This document shows, in pieces, positions 27,204-38,053 of a stretch of DNA of 64,000 nt. The stretch comes from Haliotis rubra. Its lineage: Eukaryota. The DNA lies in the NCBI RefSeq assembly GCF_003918875.1, contig NW_025767123.1, positions 620,001-684,000 on the forward strand, written 5' to 3'. Numbering within the stretch: position 1 is the first letter of the stretch; every line of letters begins with the position of its first letter. Under the pieces are notes generated by a model. That model had not been told where the DNA came from. It saw nothing but the letters and a program-made list of their open reading frames with translations, and did not search any database. The position numbers and the translations under genes were made by a program.

Positions 27204-27775
27204 AACGAAAACATGGGGCGCTTCCCTCTGGATCTGACACAAGTAACGCGTAGTGACAGACCATCTGGTAATGTTCAGCACTAGGATTGGGATTTAAATC
27301 ATAGTAAGATATTGTTATATCCACTTACAAAGTGGTGACATCGCATGCCCCAGAGTGTGGTAGATTCTGTGCAGATAGTGTTGCGTCTGGGGATCAAATG
27401 GAGCACTATCAGGTTCAACGGAATCTTTATTCGAAGTCATCTGTTTATCAAGGATGGGTTTGATATAATAAGCACGGACACTTGTTCAACTCAATCAGTT
27501 GGTTACGGTACTTCTAATGCTAATTGTGGGACGATGTGTGAGTATTGGTATATCTAGACAAGCGGTTTCTCGTGTATGAACTCTTTAAGTTTTTGTAATG
27601 TTTTTGTTTTTGTTTTTGTTTTTGTTTTTTGTTGTGTTTGTTGGGGGTGTTGTGGTTTTTTTCAAAACACAGAATCTTGCGTCCTTTTAAAGAACATGTT
27701 AAGTTTACAAATGTATATCCCGTCAGCATACGTCACAATAACCTTATTCTTCATTTTAAAACACTTTTTGGTTTG

Positions 27776-28024
27776 GAGCCGTGAACATTCGGGCTAGAAT
27801 TGGTCTTCATCAACCCATGCTTGTCGGAAGAGGCGTCTAACGGGATCGAGTACGATGAGACACGCTGACTTTGTTGACATGTCATTGTTTCCTAATTACG
27901 TAGATCTCTGCTCATGATGTTGATTGTCTTGTCCAGACTCGATTATATACAGACCTCGATTATTTATTGCTGGAATATTGCTGAGTGCGGCGTTAAGCAA
28001 CAAACAAACAAACAAACAAACAAA
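27776..28024 (+). mobile_element. Short retroposon family B, diverged, with an (aaac)n tail
   Basis: cccatgcttgtcggaagaggcgtctaacgggatc core. Confidence 0.82.
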
Positions 28025-28069
28025 ACGTTTCGGTGTGAAGTGTTGTCTACATCAGTCCAATGTCTGGCC

Positions 28070-28246
28070 GGGGCGGTGGGGTAGCCTAGTGGTTAAAGCG
28101 TTGGCTCGTCACGCCGAAGATACGGGTTCGATTCCCCACATGGGTACAATGTGTGAAGCCCATTTCTGGTGTCCACCGTCGTGATATTGCTGGAATATTG
28201 CTAAAAGCGGCGTAAAACTAAACTCACTCACTCACTCACTCACCCC
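28070..28246 (+). mobile_element. SINE family A
   Basis: Near-consensus copy; TSD atgtctggcc. Confidence 0.92.
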
Positions 28247-28865
28247 ATGTCTGGCCACTCTTTCTCAGCTACGCCAGTACAGAGTTTCTTACCTTCATCC
28301 CTTAATGGGATTCGTCTTGACGGCAAATAAACCGAAAGGTTTTCCCATATGTTTCTACAGTAATGGCATATTTTTTTACGAAACATCTAGGCATTAAAAA
28401 GCGAAAACATGTTCATGTGTGCACAGTCTGGCCTTAAAGCAGCAGTAATAGCCAAACATGTGGCTTGTTTTGCAAGTTCCTCTTTCCTTGACCGGAGCGA
28501 ACTACACCCGCTCTTTCGCACCAAATGTCACCTACTTCATAATATCTAATGTCACATTCGGCCTACATCAGCTTGTTAAAATAGCAGTAGATATTGAGAG
28601 GTGGTCAGTTTCAATTACTGGATGGATATACAGATGTCTTAATCTGCGCTGACGGTTCTCCACAAGGGCGGTTGTGTGGACAACTCATTCCGGCTTGTTG
28701 TAGGAGAATCATAATGGTCCTCCACTGTGTCAGTGATCCTCTTTTGGCTAGCATTTTACGTCAATTGGATTATGTTTCCATGGATAATAGAGGCTGGTTA
28801 TTGTCTGGCGTTGACGTTTATGTTAACATTGTCTTTCCCTTAACACCATTCTGTCACTCTGTATT

Positions 28866-29027
28866 GAGGCGGTGGGGTAGCTCAGTGGTTAAAGCGTTAG
28901 CTCGTCTCGACGAAAACCCGGGTTCGATTTCCTACCTGTGTACAATGTGTGAAGCCCATTTCTGGTGCCCCCCACCGTAATATTGCTGGAATATTGCTTA
29001 GAGCGGCGTAGAACCATACTCACTCAC
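28866..29027 (+). mobile_element. SINE family A
   Basis: Full-length match; flanked by ctgtcactc on both sides. Confidence 0.85.
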
Positions 29028-29207
29028 TGTCACTCGATACACAATAGGACCTCCGCCATATAGCTGGAATATCGCTGAGTACGGCGGAAAACTAAACTCA
29101 CTCACTCACTATACTCAACAGCTGGAACGCTCAACAATGCTAACTGAGCGAAACAGCATTCATATACTTTTACCACAGTGAAGACTGTAGCTACCACAAT
29201 GGCAATA

Positions 29208-29373
29208 GGGGCGGTGGGGTAGCCTAGTGGTTAAAGCGTTCGCTCGTCACGCCGAAGACCCTGGTTCGATTCCCCACATGGGTACAATGTATGAAGCCCA
29301 TTTCCGGTGTCCCCCGCCGTGATATTGCTGGAATATTGCTAAAAGCGGCGTAAAACCAAAACTCACTCACTCA
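29208..29373 (+). mobile_element. SINE family A
   Basis: Near-consensus copy; TSD acaatg(g/a)caatagg. Confidence 0.92.
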
Positions 29374-29693
29374 CAATGACAATAGGATGTTTTGGACTAG
29401 GCAAACCAGTAGATCCAAACACGAACCATATATCGGGGCACACGAAAAGACTTGGTCAGAGAGACATATCAATCGACTTCAGGCCATGGTGCTCAGAAAG
29501 TATAGTTGCTAGATCTACTCTGGCCGTGTTCCAAATTTTTTTCTAGTTAACGTCTATTGGCTTGACGGATCTGACGCCAAGATCCACATACCACCTCTTT
29601 CTCCTACGAACGTTTGTTACAGTTCGCAGGTTCCAAATCCGATCTCTCAATATCTGAATTGTTAGAGTTAGAGAAAGCCATCGTGTGATATCA

Positions 29694-29860
29694 CTGACTG
29701 ACTGAGTTTTGGTTTTACGCCGCTTTTAGCAATATTCCAGCAACATCACGCCGGGGGACACCAGAAATGGGCTTCACACATTGTACGCATGTGGGGATTC
29801 GAACCCAGGTCTTCGGCGTGACGAGCCAACGCTTTAACCACCAGGCTACCCCACCGCCCC
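29694..29860 (-). mobile_element. SINE family A
   Basis: Near-consensus copy; TSD gtgtgatatca. Confidence 0.92.
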
Positions 29861-30175
29861 GTGTGATATCAAAAGATTGGAAGAACGTCTATAATATGTG
29901 AATATAATAGCTAAAAATCGACTTATTTTCGTTTTTCACTAGTGATATGATACAGTAACAGGTGTAGAAATATTAAAACCCCGTTCGGGAAATAGTGCCG
30001 AAACTTTTACTACTGGATTACTGATGAACAGTGATGACACCAGGTGTTCGTTTGTGCTAAAATTAGTAAACTTAGCAAATGCAAGCCTCCTTTGCGACCC
30101 CCTCAGCGCTTGGAAGAGCCATCTATGATTATCTTAGTTACTACATGTACCCGGTCGCTCACTCTTGCCAGAAAA

Positions 30176-30336
30176 GGGGCGGTGGGGTAGCCTAGTGGTT
30201 AAGGCGTTGGTCGTCACGCCGAAGACCCGGGTTCGATTCCCCACATGGGCACAAAGTGTCAAGCCCATTTCTGGTGTCCCCGCCGTGATATTGCTGGGAT
30301 ATTGGTGAAAGCGGTGTAAAACCATACTCACTCACT
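30176..30336 (+). mobile_element. SINE family A
   Basis: TSD cactcttgccagaaaag. Confidence 0.92.
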
Positions 30337-31852
30337 CTTGCCAGAAAAGCTAGTAAGGTCGTCAGCCTCCTCAAACAGATATGTTAAGTCACATGAAATA
30401 GTGATCAGTGTGAGGGTTGCTAACACTACATTGTAATCCGGTCTTTGAGAAGTAATTCTCTCAAAGGAATAGTTAACATGCTTTTCTGCTTAAGTCCCTA
30501 AAACTCCTTGAATTGATAATACAAAAACATTCCAGATAAAAAAATACCAGCAATCGGACAATTGAAACGAATTTAAAACAGAAGCAGAATCAAACGAAGA
30601 TTTGTTTTATCGACGTAGCTTCTCTTGCTGAGTGTGATATCGGTTTTACATTTGATAAACTAGGCTCGGAAGACTGGAGCTATCGAAGCTTTGTTGGATC
30701 CAACGGTAATCAAGGGGATCATTAAATATGAGTTTCAAAGTAATGCTAGCACACGATATTGCGATGTAAAACTGAACAAATCAATACCTGTTAGTATGCC
30801 AAGTAATTATGGTCGGTATCAGAGGTCAATGTCATTTGCCATTTTGTAGTCGGATTCATCTAATTCGTTTTAATTATTAAGATCGCGTTCGAACGAAATA
30901 ACGTGTTTTTGGAGACATCGACCACGTTTGATGAAACATAATATTATTTCCAGGAGCAATAATTACGCATGTTCAAATAATTGAATTGTTCTGAAACGTG
31001 GTTTGGTTTGGAGGATTTTCAGCATGGCGACCTTGATCTTCTCATCTCGTCCATCCTTCGATTCAAAAAGGATTCTCTATTGGGACTGCATGTGGCTCAG
31101 TCACGTAGGCAACACCATTATTTGTAACGTGTGTTCATTTGGCGTGCATTGATCATGTATTAGTGGTTTGGTTCTAATTAACGGACTTGGTCTGCCTGCA
31201 CCAGACCCCTAATACTGGTTTCATCAAAGTATGAACATTCTTTGACCTTCAGTAGTTCAAACTGTTTACAAACATCAATCAGTCATGACTTGACAACCAA
31301 AAGAAAGTATAATCGTGAACATGGGGTCTGATGAAACAATTTACAAACTTTAAAACGGTGAAAACAGTCACCGAACACGGTAAATACATCTATAATACCC
31401 GTAAATGCATCAGCCCATTTCCTGAGGTTATTCGTCATGCTACTGCTCTCTCATTGTTTGATCAAGGTTACAACATTCAGGGCAGTTCCCTGATTTGACT
31501 TGAACCATCACGAGCTTTAGGTGAACAAATTACTAGCCTTTGCATGTGTTTGTGACGGTGGCCAACGGTGTGGTAGGTTATGCTAACCGTTATACGTATA
31601 TCATTACTATTTTAGTAGTGACTCATGAACATGGTCGGAATGATGATATGGTCGGAATTGTACTATTTCCTGGATGTGGAAAGGGTTTTCTTCGTTATCA
31701 TTGTCTGTTTCACTTTTAAACATCATCAAGCACGAGATATATTTTATATTGCCAGACAGTATATCTGAAATACTGTTCTCATCGTCGTACCATCAACTCA
31801 CTTACCATCCACCCAAGATCACATTATGGCTAATACGGACACTTTGTTGCAG

Positions 31853-32046
31853 GTATCTACTACGGTATGACGATATTTATCGTTTCCTTCGCAACGGGCA
31901 TGACAGTGTTCACCCTGAACATTCACCACAAGGGCACGAGGGGACGAGAAGTACCCAGCGTCATCAGGAAGATCGCCTTCAGCTGTCTGGCGAAGATGTT
32001 CTGCATCAAAGTACAGAATTCAAAAGCCCCTGCATCAACGGCAGTG
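31853..32046 (+). CDS. nAChR alpha subunit exon: M3 and start of the intracellular loop
   Basis: ttgcag acceptor, phase 1 matching the previous exon (G|GT). Reads GIYYGMTIFIVSFATGMTVFTLNIHHKG...VP. gtaagt donor, phase 0. Confidence 0.95.
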
Positions 32047-32490
32047 GTAAGTTGACAAGACCATATCCAACTGTCAGTTGTCTCGAAGCGTCGACTTTGG
32101 GCATTCCCGAGGCATTGTGGGAAAACGTATTCTACTTTCGAAGTTCCCATTCATGTGATCATGTGGGGATACCTTGTATCGAGTTATATGTTGTTCGAGA
32201 GAACAGAATACCGACCACAATGCTGCGGATACGGTTGTTTTAAAGGTAGAGTACTACAGTGGGACCACGTGTAAAATCAATATAAGAAGACACCCACGTT
32301 TTAAATAAGATAGGAGATAGTGCAAAGCTAGAGTCGCATGTCGTGTAAACCTGCAATGCTAGGCCTGAATTACGAGTTCGGTTGCAACCCTTAGTTGAGG
32401 CTTTGGATCGAAAACCAAAAGATTTAATTACGTGTTTAATTATTTGCATTGAATTATGGTGTAGATTGAATACCTGTAGAATTCATATGT

Positions 32491-33450
32491 GACTGCAACC
32501 TAGGCAGTGAATTTTTTGATTGCCTGCAACCTACGCAGTGAATTTCTTGATTGACTGCAACCTAGACAGTGAATTGTTTTATTGACTGCAACCTAGGCAG
32601 TGAATTTCTTGATTGCTTGCAACCTAGACAGTGAATTTCTTGATTGACTGCGACCTAGACAGTGAATTTCTTGATTGACTGCAACCTAGGCAGTGAATTT
32701 CTTGATTGACTGCAACCTAGACAGTGAATTTCTTGATTGACTGCAACCTAGGCAGTGAATTTCTTGATTGACTGCAACCTAGACAGTGAATTTCTTGATT
32801 GACTGCAACCTAGGCAGTGAATTTCTTGATTGACTGCAACCTAGACAGTGAATTTCTTGATTGACTGCAACCTAGACAGTGAATTTCTTGATTGACTGCA
32901 ACCTAGGCAGTGAATTTCTTGATTGACTGCAACCTAGGCAGTGAATTTCTTGATTGACTGCAACCTTGGCAGTGAATTTCTTGATTGACTGCAACCTAGA
33001 CAGTGAATTTCTTGATTGACTGCAACCTAGGCAGTGAATTTCTTGATTGACTGCAACCTAGACTGCAGTGAATTTCTTGATTGACTGCAACCTAGGCAGT
33101 GAATTTCTTGATTGACTGCAACCTTGGCAGTGAATTTCTTGATTGACTGCAACCTAGGCAGTGACAGTGAATTTCTTGATTGACTGCAATTTTTCTTGAT
33201 TGACTGCAACCTAGGCAGTGAATTTCTTGATTGACAGTGAATTTCTTGATTGACTGCAACCTAGGCAGTGAATTTCTTGATTGACTGCAACCTAGGCAGT
33301 GAATTTCTTGATTGCCTGCAACCCTGGTCATGAATTTCGTGTTTGACTGCTACCATGGTAATTAATTTCGTTTTGACTGCAACCATGGTGATTAATTTCG
33401 TGTTTGACTGCAATTCTGGTGATTAATTTCGTGTTTGACTGCAACGCTGG
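32491..33450. repeat. 31-bp minisatellite
   Basis: Unit gactgcaacctag(g/a)cagtgaatttcttgatt. Confidence 0.95.
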
Positions 33451-33779
33451 TATTGAATTACTTGCAATGTGATATTATACGACGATGGAGTTATGACCAA
33501 TCCTTGATAGTATGGCAACAGCACACTAAAAACTGAATCTTTTATTAGCTCCTGACGAACACTAAAATACAAAGCCAACTATGCCATCAGTTTATTGCAA
33601 GCCCAACTTGGACTGAACTACTGCTGATAGTGACAGACGTCCTGATCAATAGTACGTTAATCAGTTTGCTCAATCCTTCACCCCCTCAAAACACAACCCC
33701 ACCCTCCCATTGTTTAATGTGTCAACGCTGTGACCCCACTGCCTCGACGTCAATCAGACTCCATTACCTAATGTTTCAG

Positions 33780-33881
33780 TTCACACCAGATTGCAATGGA
33801 ACGACCGGAAGTAGTTCCTACATCCGGTTTAAAATGGCGCCTCAAAGCGACCCGGAGAGTGCCCCATCAAAGCCAGTTGTA
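33780..33881 (+). CDS. Probable nAChR M3-M4 loop exon (FTPDCNGTTGSSSYIRFKMAPQSDPESAPSKPVV), possibly a cassette exon
   Basis: ctaat branch-like motif and tttcag acceptor, 102 nt open in phase 0/0, perfect gtaagt donor. Fits in frame between 32046 and 35165. No homology support, as this loop is variable. Confidence 0.6.
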
Positions 33882-34109
33882 GTAAGTTTCCTGTTGGGTG
33901 GGATTTATGTATATTTTGAGGGTAGTAAATCAAGTCGCAATCTCGTCAGTTACAGCGAAGTTAACGATTGGTACTGGCATCTTCATTAAGAGAAATTAGA
34001 CTTGAGCTCTTAATCAGCTGCCGCATCACTCGTGATGTTAAATCATCTATTAACAATGATTGATTATTCGCTGTAATCAAATAAATTATTATTTAATTCA
34101 AATGTATTT

Positions 34110-34433
34110 TTCCCCGGAAAAAAGTACTGTGTTTGGTAAGTCATATCATTTTCGATACTATTAGCTGCATTAGAGTGAGACCCCGTTTGTCCAGACGGGA
34201 GCATTCTCTCTTATGTCGAAGAGTGTAGCACATTTCTTGAAGCCTGAATCAGGCTTAAAGTGTGATGTGTTTCCCCGAATAAAAGTACTGTGTTTGGTAA
34301 GTCATATCATTTTCGATACTGTTAGCTGCATTAGAGTTAGACCCCGTTTGTCCAGACGTGAGTATTCTCACTAATGTCGAAGAGAGTAGCACATTTCTTG
34401 AAGCCTGAATCAGGCTTAAAGTGTGATGTGTTT
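34110..34433. repeat. 161-bp tandem duplication
   Basis: Two near-identical copies starting tcccc..aaagtactgtgtttggtaagtc. Confidence 0.9.
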
Positions 34434-34740
34434 CTATACACGAAAACGTCCCCAGTTACCGCCAGATAGATTAGATGTCCAGATTAAGGGTGTCAGGATT
34501 AAAGGTTTCCCCATTAACGAGGTTTCAGTATAGCTGTCTCGGCTATGCGGTAGCCTGGTAGGTCGTGATGTCGCCCATAACACACACGATCCGGTTCGAT
34601 TCCCGTACGACGTACTGTAGAATGTTATTACAAGCCGAGTAAAACCCATGCAGTCACTCACTCGCCCATTTTTCATGGGGACCCCGGAGATGATGTGACA
34701 TCTATGGCGTAAACAGCAAATCGCCAACATCTTTAGTATC

Positions 34741-35009
34741 GACCCGTGAAGATCCGGGGTAGAATAGGTCTTCAGCAACCCATGCTTGCCACAAAAGGCG
34801 ACTATGCTTGTCGTAAGAGGCGACTAACGGGATCGGGTGGTCAGGCTTGCTGACTTGGTTGACATATGTCATCGGTTCCCAATTGCGCAGATCGATGCTC
34901 ATGCTGTTGATCACTGGATTGTCTGGTCCAGACTCGATTATTTACAGACCGCCGCCATATAGCTGGAATATTGCTGAGTGCGGCGTAAAACTCAACTCAC
35001 TCACTCACT
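34741..35009 (+). mobile_element. Short retroposon family B, young copy with a duplicated hairpin module
   Basis: TSD catctttagtatc; starts gacccgtgaagatcc. Confidence 0.92.
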
Positions 35010-35164
35010 CATCTTTAGTATCGATACTGACTTGAAATTCGTGTGAGTAAGGAATCATTTAGATCTCAGATCATACATCCCACATTGCACGCTATTTCCG
35101 TAACAAAGTATTATCCAAAGTATGTTTAGGTCAGTCAGTGAGCATTGCTTTTGTTTTTCTGCAG

Positions 35165-35542
35165 GATTTCAAATCGGCTGCCCCCGAGGTCCCTCCTACA
35201 ATAGGCATGGTGGATGTTAAGCTGGAGGACCCCTTGTCTACAAACGGCGGACTCGGTACACACTTCCCACGCTTCCGGTCTGGACAAGCCGGAAGTAGTG
35301 CAGTGGTGGAGAACTTTGAGCAACAATTCATGCGGGTTCTACAAAAAGTATATCAGACAATTGAACAAAACGAAATACGATTAGCGGACCAGGACAGACG
35401 GGAAGCTATCAAAATAGAATGGCAGCAGGTTGCACAGATAGTGGATAGAATGCTGTTGTCAGGATTTGTGGCCCTCACGATGGTTATAACAGGCGTTGTA
35501 CTGCTCGGAGCACCGGCATCTGTCAGCAGCCTGACGTCATAA
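35165..35542 (+). CDS. nAChR alpha subunit last coding exon: MA helix, M4 and stop
   Basis: ttttctgcag acceptor, phase 0. EWQQVAQIVDRMLL matches the conserved EW..VA.V.DR pre-M4 motif, followed by hydrophobic M4 and TAA. Confidence 0.95.
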   Translation, partial: DFKSAAPEVPPTIGMVDVKLEDPLSTNGGLGTHFPRFRSGQAGSSAVVENFEQQFMRVLQKVYQTIEQNEIRLADQDRREAIKIEWQQVAQIVDRMLLSGFVALTMVITGVVLLGAPASVSSLTS

Positions 35543-36449
35543 CGTCATAATGTGATACGGAATTACGGGAAGAATTTGGGACGAAGAACCAAAATGTTGG
35601 TCACTACCAGATGCCGCCATGTTGGTGTTTTCAAGGAACAGGAAGGATTATCACTACAATACATTTGACATAAAGTGCCAAGATTGCAGATATCTCTTGG
35701 AGGGTTGGAGGAGTTTTATTGCAATCTACTTTGTTCCAGTTGGTAAATGAGTACCTATGTATGAAAGAAATTTTGGCGGCAACAAATAGTTGTCCAGTGC
35801 GGTCACCACAGTTATAATGTTTGTGTCACTGCTACAGCCGTTTCCGATTTATTGTCTGATTCAGTGTGCTATCTGAGGTAGCAGGTTGGCGGTAGGAGGT
35901 TGGCGGTATCAGAGATGCGAAACGATAACAATTATCCAAATTTATTTTATCACGTCAATTCATCTGTCTGACTGTTTCGATGAATACGTTGGAATACCAT
36001 ATGGTGTGATTACATACGACGGTCTATTCAGGAGAGTCAGCTATGGTTGCTGTGTAATATGCAAATGTTATCGAAAAGTATGGTGGCGTAACTTCCGTCA
36101 CTATGGTGACCTTCACCTTTACCCATCATTTCTCAAGTTCACAGAATGTATCGAATACACGTATACAGTTAATGACGAGAGTTCATATCTAAGATGTGAC
36201 CCATTGTGATGCTTGGTGTGTCAGCACTCTCTTTATTTCTGCGTTCTCAATTATTGTATATGTTTACGGCCACAGTCCCATATAAGGGTGAAGGTCAAGG
36301 TCAGTAGAATAACATGTGACCGGAGCTTAAGGTGTATCAGACATCAACAGCTTGTGACAGATGAACCGAAAGCGCTGGCGCTTTTACTATACTTATATCC
36401 TTCATGGTGGTCGGAACACGTGACACTATATGTTTGACGAGGTGGAATT

Positions 36450-37520
36450 ATTTGTTTGACAAAGAGAAGCTATATGTTTGACCAGTGACATTAGATATTT
36501 GCAGGGCGACACTACATGTGCATGTACCCGTTTGACGTGGCAGGATGTTTGACATGGCAGAATGTTTGACCAGTTGTCATAAAATGTTTTGCCGGATGAC
36601 ACGTTGCATCAAAGCACGTATAACCAGACCAAACATGTTACTCACAAAGTGTTTGACCAGCTGACGCTAAATGTTTGACAGAGGGACACTACATCTATAT
36701 GTCTGACGCTACATGTACATGTTTTAGAAGGAGAAGGTACATCAGATGTTTGACAGAGGGACACTACATCTATATGTCTGACGCTACATGTACATGTTTT
36801 AGAAGGAGAAGGTACATCAGATGTTTGACAGAGGGACACTACATCTATATGTCTGACGCTACATGTACATGTTTTAGAAGGAGAAGGTACATCAGATGTT
36901 TGATAGGTACATGTTTGACCGGGTGACACTACACATACAGGTTTGACGTTTGATGTTTGACCGAATGACATCAAGGTTCATGTTCTAGAAGGAGAAGCGA
37001 CATGTTTGGGTACGGGTACAGGCTCATTGACAGCATGTTTGACTTGCTCACACCACATGTAAATGTTTGACGAGCGGTGCTATATGTTTGACCGGGTGAC
37101 GCTACACATACCAGTTTCAGCGTGTGACGTTAGTTGTTTGACCGAATGACATCAAGGTTCATGTTTTAGAAGGAGAAGCGACATGTTTGACTAATTGGCA
37201 GTACATGCCTGTACGGGTACAGGCTCATTGACAGCATGTTTGACTAATTGGCAGTACATGCCTGTACAGGTACAGGCTCATTGACAGCATGTTTGACTAA
37301 TTGGCAGTACATGCCTGTACGGGTACAGGCTCAGTGACAGCATGTTTGACTAATTGGCAGTACATGCCTGTACAGGTACAGGCTCATTGACAGCATGTTT
37401 GACTGGTTCACATCACATGTAAATGTTTGACGAGCGGTGCTATATGTTTGACCGGGTGACGCTACACTTACCAGTTTCAAATGTTTGACCGACTGACACA
37501 ACATGAATTTGTTTGATCAG
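36450..37520. repeat. Composite tandem repeat built on atgtttgac (75 bp x3, 53 bp x4)
   Basis: 75-bp period from 36671 and 53-bp period from 37182. Confidence 0.88.
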
Positions 37521-37880
37521 ATAAGGCTACGTATTTGTCCAGTAGCGTCACCCTGACCAAGGGGTGTGTCGATGCTCTTGTCTTCAGCCTAGCAGTCCCT
37601 CTTGTACGTGTGAGTGGCGAACGTCATGGAGTAGTAACAGTGGATATGAAAGTCTGAACACAAGTTTGTTGTTTTCATGGAGAAGAAGTTTCATGATAAG
37701 ACGTGAATGAATTTGTGCAAATAGTAACTTGGTAACATATACCAGCTGAAGATTCCTATTTTGGGATATGGCTGAAGAAACAAGGGTGATTCCTGCCCGT
37801 GGAAACCAATATGTGTTGAGATTTTTCAAATCTGGAACTGAAAATTCAGCAAACATCTTTTACCTACGGCGACGGAAATG

Positions 37881-38053
37881 TACTGTGAAACCTTGCATAT
37901 CCGGACTGCACCGTTCCAAGTGATATCGTCCGGATTAATACAAATCAGGATAAACGAAACCTTGGCACGTGATTACTCATTAATGTATTGACTACGTCCC
38001 TGTCAGAAATGATCCGGTAAAGAGGGTGTCCAGATTATTGAGGTTTTGCTGTG
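37881..38053. mobile_element. Degenerate Tigger-like MITE
   Basis: tactgtgaaacct ... aggttttgctgt imperfect termini and internal tccgga motifs. Confidence 0.35.

Noticed and set aside
28070-28145. tRNA genes (Asp-like heads with A and B boxes) in family A; tRNA-like heads in family C
   Set aside because: No proper acceptor stem. Each head continues into a shared body and tail with TSDs and is multicopy, so these are SINE heads.
32491-33330. CRISPR-like regular array (also considered for the 43- and 44-bp arrays)
   Set aside because: Units are contiguous with no unique spacers, there are no cas genes, and the context is eukaryotic.
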